DNA of 64,000 bases, from assembly GCF_900634775.1 (NCBI RefSeq), contig NC_041064.1:1380717-1444716 (forward strand), written 5' to 3'. The notes beneath the pieces were generated by a model. The model made no database searches. It saw only the letters and a list, made by a program, of their open reading frames with translations, and was not told where the DNA came from. The stretch comes from Gouania willdenowi. Its lineage: Eukaryota. Shown piece after piece: positions 61,830 to 64,000 of the stretch; position 1 is the first letter of the stretch, and each line of letters opens with the position of its first letter. A program made the position numbers and the translations under genes.

Positions 61830-64000
61830 CTTGAACTGGACTGTGGGCAGGATTAAGATGCCGCCTCTGAACCCCTCATATCAGAGAATGAAGAGGAAGA
61901 CACTGTCTTCATCACTCCAGCCCTCCGTTGCCTCTCGGAATGGAGATGAGGGAAGCACACCAGCTGCAATTCTCAATGGCACGAATATGCTCGATGTGTG
62001 CAAACGCACTCGATGTGTGCTGCCCGGCAAGCCATCCTCTGTCGGAAAAGAATTCCCACAGCCAAGGGTGCACCAAGGCATTTTTTCCCGTCTTCCGGAG
62101 CTGCTCGAAGTGGCGCATTCATGGAAGGACCGCCCCATTAGCAGCAGAAGCGCGCTGCCCGGTGCCTCATCCCCACACCCAACACAGCATAACGTGGATG
62201 GCTGTTCATCATAGGAATGGGATCCACACAAGGTTCCTGCTGCTTAACAGAAGGTTTTCCTTGCCGCCATGATGAATTCATGTTGGGTGTGGGATACATA
62301 TGTATGTGTATATACGTATATATGCATATGTGTGTATCCATAAAATGAAGAGTCCGTCCTTAAGACTGCTCTACTGTAAAGTGTCTTGAGATACCATTGG
62401 TTATGATTTGGCGCTATACAAATAAAAGATTGATTGATTGATTGATTGATTGATCCCTCAACTGTGAAGCAGACCCAGGCACCCCTGGAATGCCTGGGTA
62501 TTGCTCCACTTTCTTCCGGTAGAGCCACTCGTTAAGCAACTGTCAGCAGTGTCCTCCCGGATGCCGAGCCTGCCATCCAAGTCTGACCGTCTCCAGTCAG
62601 CCCTGACTGAGAAGGCTTACAAGGCAGTGGCGCTTACTGTAAGAGTGTTCAACGTCCTCTCCCTGCACACTGCCTATCAGGCTGAGCTCTGCAAGGTTTT
62701 TGGGCCAACTCAGGACCCGGCAGGTGGGAGGAGATGTCAGTTGTCACCGACCTGTGTCTTTAACGCTAAGCAGTCCAGGCGACAGGGAGAGTGATGGAGC
62801 TATGGTGCTGCGGGAAACCTGTCGGACAGAGAAATGGGTGATGTCCTGGACATGCCATTAGTCCCAGAGGGGGTTTTTGGATCCGCAATGGTGATGTGAA
62901 GCAAACAAGAAGGATGACGAGGCACCCCGCCTCTGTTTCTCTTGTAAAACCCCAGCTGCATCTCAGGGCTTGCAGTTTAAAATGTCTAAACTGTCTGTGC
63001 CCTGGCCCGTCCTGCCGTCTCAAAACAGTCTTTCTGGCTGGTCCAATAAGCCTTCGGCCTCGGCTACAGCTCCGCTGGCACAGCCTGCGCAGCATGCCCA
63101 GGCCAGGAAGAAGAAGAGAGCAGCCTGACAGTAACACAGCTGGAAGTCCCTCATTTTCCAGCTCCACCTATTTTGCTTTCAAGCTTGCACTCGTGGGTCC
63201 CCCATGCCCCTGTCTCCCTGCTACCACGCCTCAGACCGGAGGTCGCCTTGAAAGATGGACATGTTACGATGAAGGACTCAGCGGTTTCCCCTCTTTCATG
63301 TCCACAAGCATGCACACACACACACACACGATTTATTTAAAATAATAACATGTGTCTCGCTGTTGCACCCAAGCCAAGGGCCGAGGGCGCAGGAAATGAA
63401 AGCAAAATCTGTCACAATAAGCAGCACGGTGACAGCTCCCTTTGTTTCCCCTCGGGTGAGGAGACGATGCTCGCCCTGCGGTATTTGCTCTATCTTGGAT
63501 CTATGTGCACTGAACAGATACAGGTTCAGGCTGCTTACGCACACCTCCCTGCTGCGTCTTGTGCGACAGAACAATTGGTTCACGTCTGTCGATCTGAAGG
63601 ACGCGTATTTCCACATCTCAATATATCCTCCCCACAGAAAGTATCTGAAAAGCTTTCCGGGGGATAGGTTACATATACCGCGTGCTCACTCTCTTCTGCT
63701 TCTTGATAAAGGGACAAAGGCAGTCGCATTTTTCTTCTCCTGCTCTCCTCCCTATCTACCCTTGCTGCTTGTTTTGTCTGCTGCTATTAGGAGACTCTCT
63801 TTGTATTCATTCAAAACCGAAACTATGAAATTGGTCTGCTGGTCATTTAATGTTATTTATAAAGTTTTTTCAATGAAAAGACCAGGCCGAGGTGAGCCTG
63901 CATGCCCTGATGGCTCTTTTTGAGCTGGATACACAATGAATTCCTGGAAGGTCATCTGTCTGTCGCTATTTTCCATTGAGAACATCGAGGATATATACAT
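61830..64000 (+). mobile_element. DIRS-like YR retroelement, unit 4 copy. Cut off by the window end. It contains the same short LINE-tail insert as unit 3.
   Basis: Paralogous to 51490-53900. The RT motif WFTSVDLKDAYFHISIYPPHRKYLKSF lies at ~63580. Confidence 0.7.
62171..62453 (+). mobile_element. Short 5'-truncated copy of the (TGAT)n-tailed LINE, at the same position as in unit 3.
   Basis: Nearly identical to 51835-52102. Confidence 0.7.

Noticed and set aside
23283-64000. The ~10-kb periodic repeats could superficially suggest a CRISPR-like or satellite array
   Set aside because: The units are 10-12 kb long and contain spliced GPCR genes and retroelements. This is a eukaryotic segmental tandem duplication. 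There are no short direct repeats with spacers.

Overview
This window is vertebrate, almost certainly teleost fish, nuclear DNA. It is not a prokaryotic locus: I see no operons, no CRISPR array and no defence island. The supplied ORF track uses bacterial-style starts (TTG/GTG), so most of its ORFs are artefacts of repeats or transposable-element (TE) remnants.

The window has three parts.

1. Positions 1-3000 hold the 3' end of an integrin beta-5 (itgb5-like) gene on the + strand. Three terminal coding exons are visible. The cytoplasmic tail reads '...[27 protein letters not shown]|[31 protein letters not shown]'. An ~800-bp compound (GT)n microsatellite sits in the preceding intron.

2. Positions 3000-23200 are a TE-rich intergenic stretch. 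It contains an L2-clade LINE endonuclease fragment, an L1-type ORF1 remnant, a degenerate DIRS-like tyrosine-recombinase retroelement interrupted by a SINE, a second SINE, a (CA)n microsatellite, and an L1-like LINE with an unusually long G-rich 3'UTR. A truncated second copy of that 3' end lies at ~10.4-10.9 kb.

3. Positions 23283-64000 hold a head-to-tail tandem array of four nearly identical two-exon trace-amine-associated-receptor (TAAR) family GPCR genes. Exon 2 starts at 23768, 34313, 46425 and 56756 (unit lengths 10545, 12112 and 10331 bp). Each ~10.5-kb unit consists of the TAAR gene, a ~1.3-kb 3' flank, an internally deleted L2-type LINE on the minus strand, and a degenerate DIRS-like retroelement on the plus strand. 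Roughly three quarters of each unit is TE-derived. The array runs off the right edge of the window.

The most interesting signals are these:
- Short mosaic patches of divergence sit exactly at ligand-pocket positions (TM3, TM5 and TM7) in otherwise ~identical paralogs. The TM5 pattern alternates A-B-A-B along the array and conflicts with the grouping implied by TE indels.
- The receptors lack the canonical aminergic Asp3.32 and Trp7.40, as expected for teleost class III TAARs.
- A recently active LINE family with a (TGAT)n tail has inserted into the array at least twice.
- An apparent frame problem in a G9 homopolymer lies inside the itgb5 transmembrane exon.
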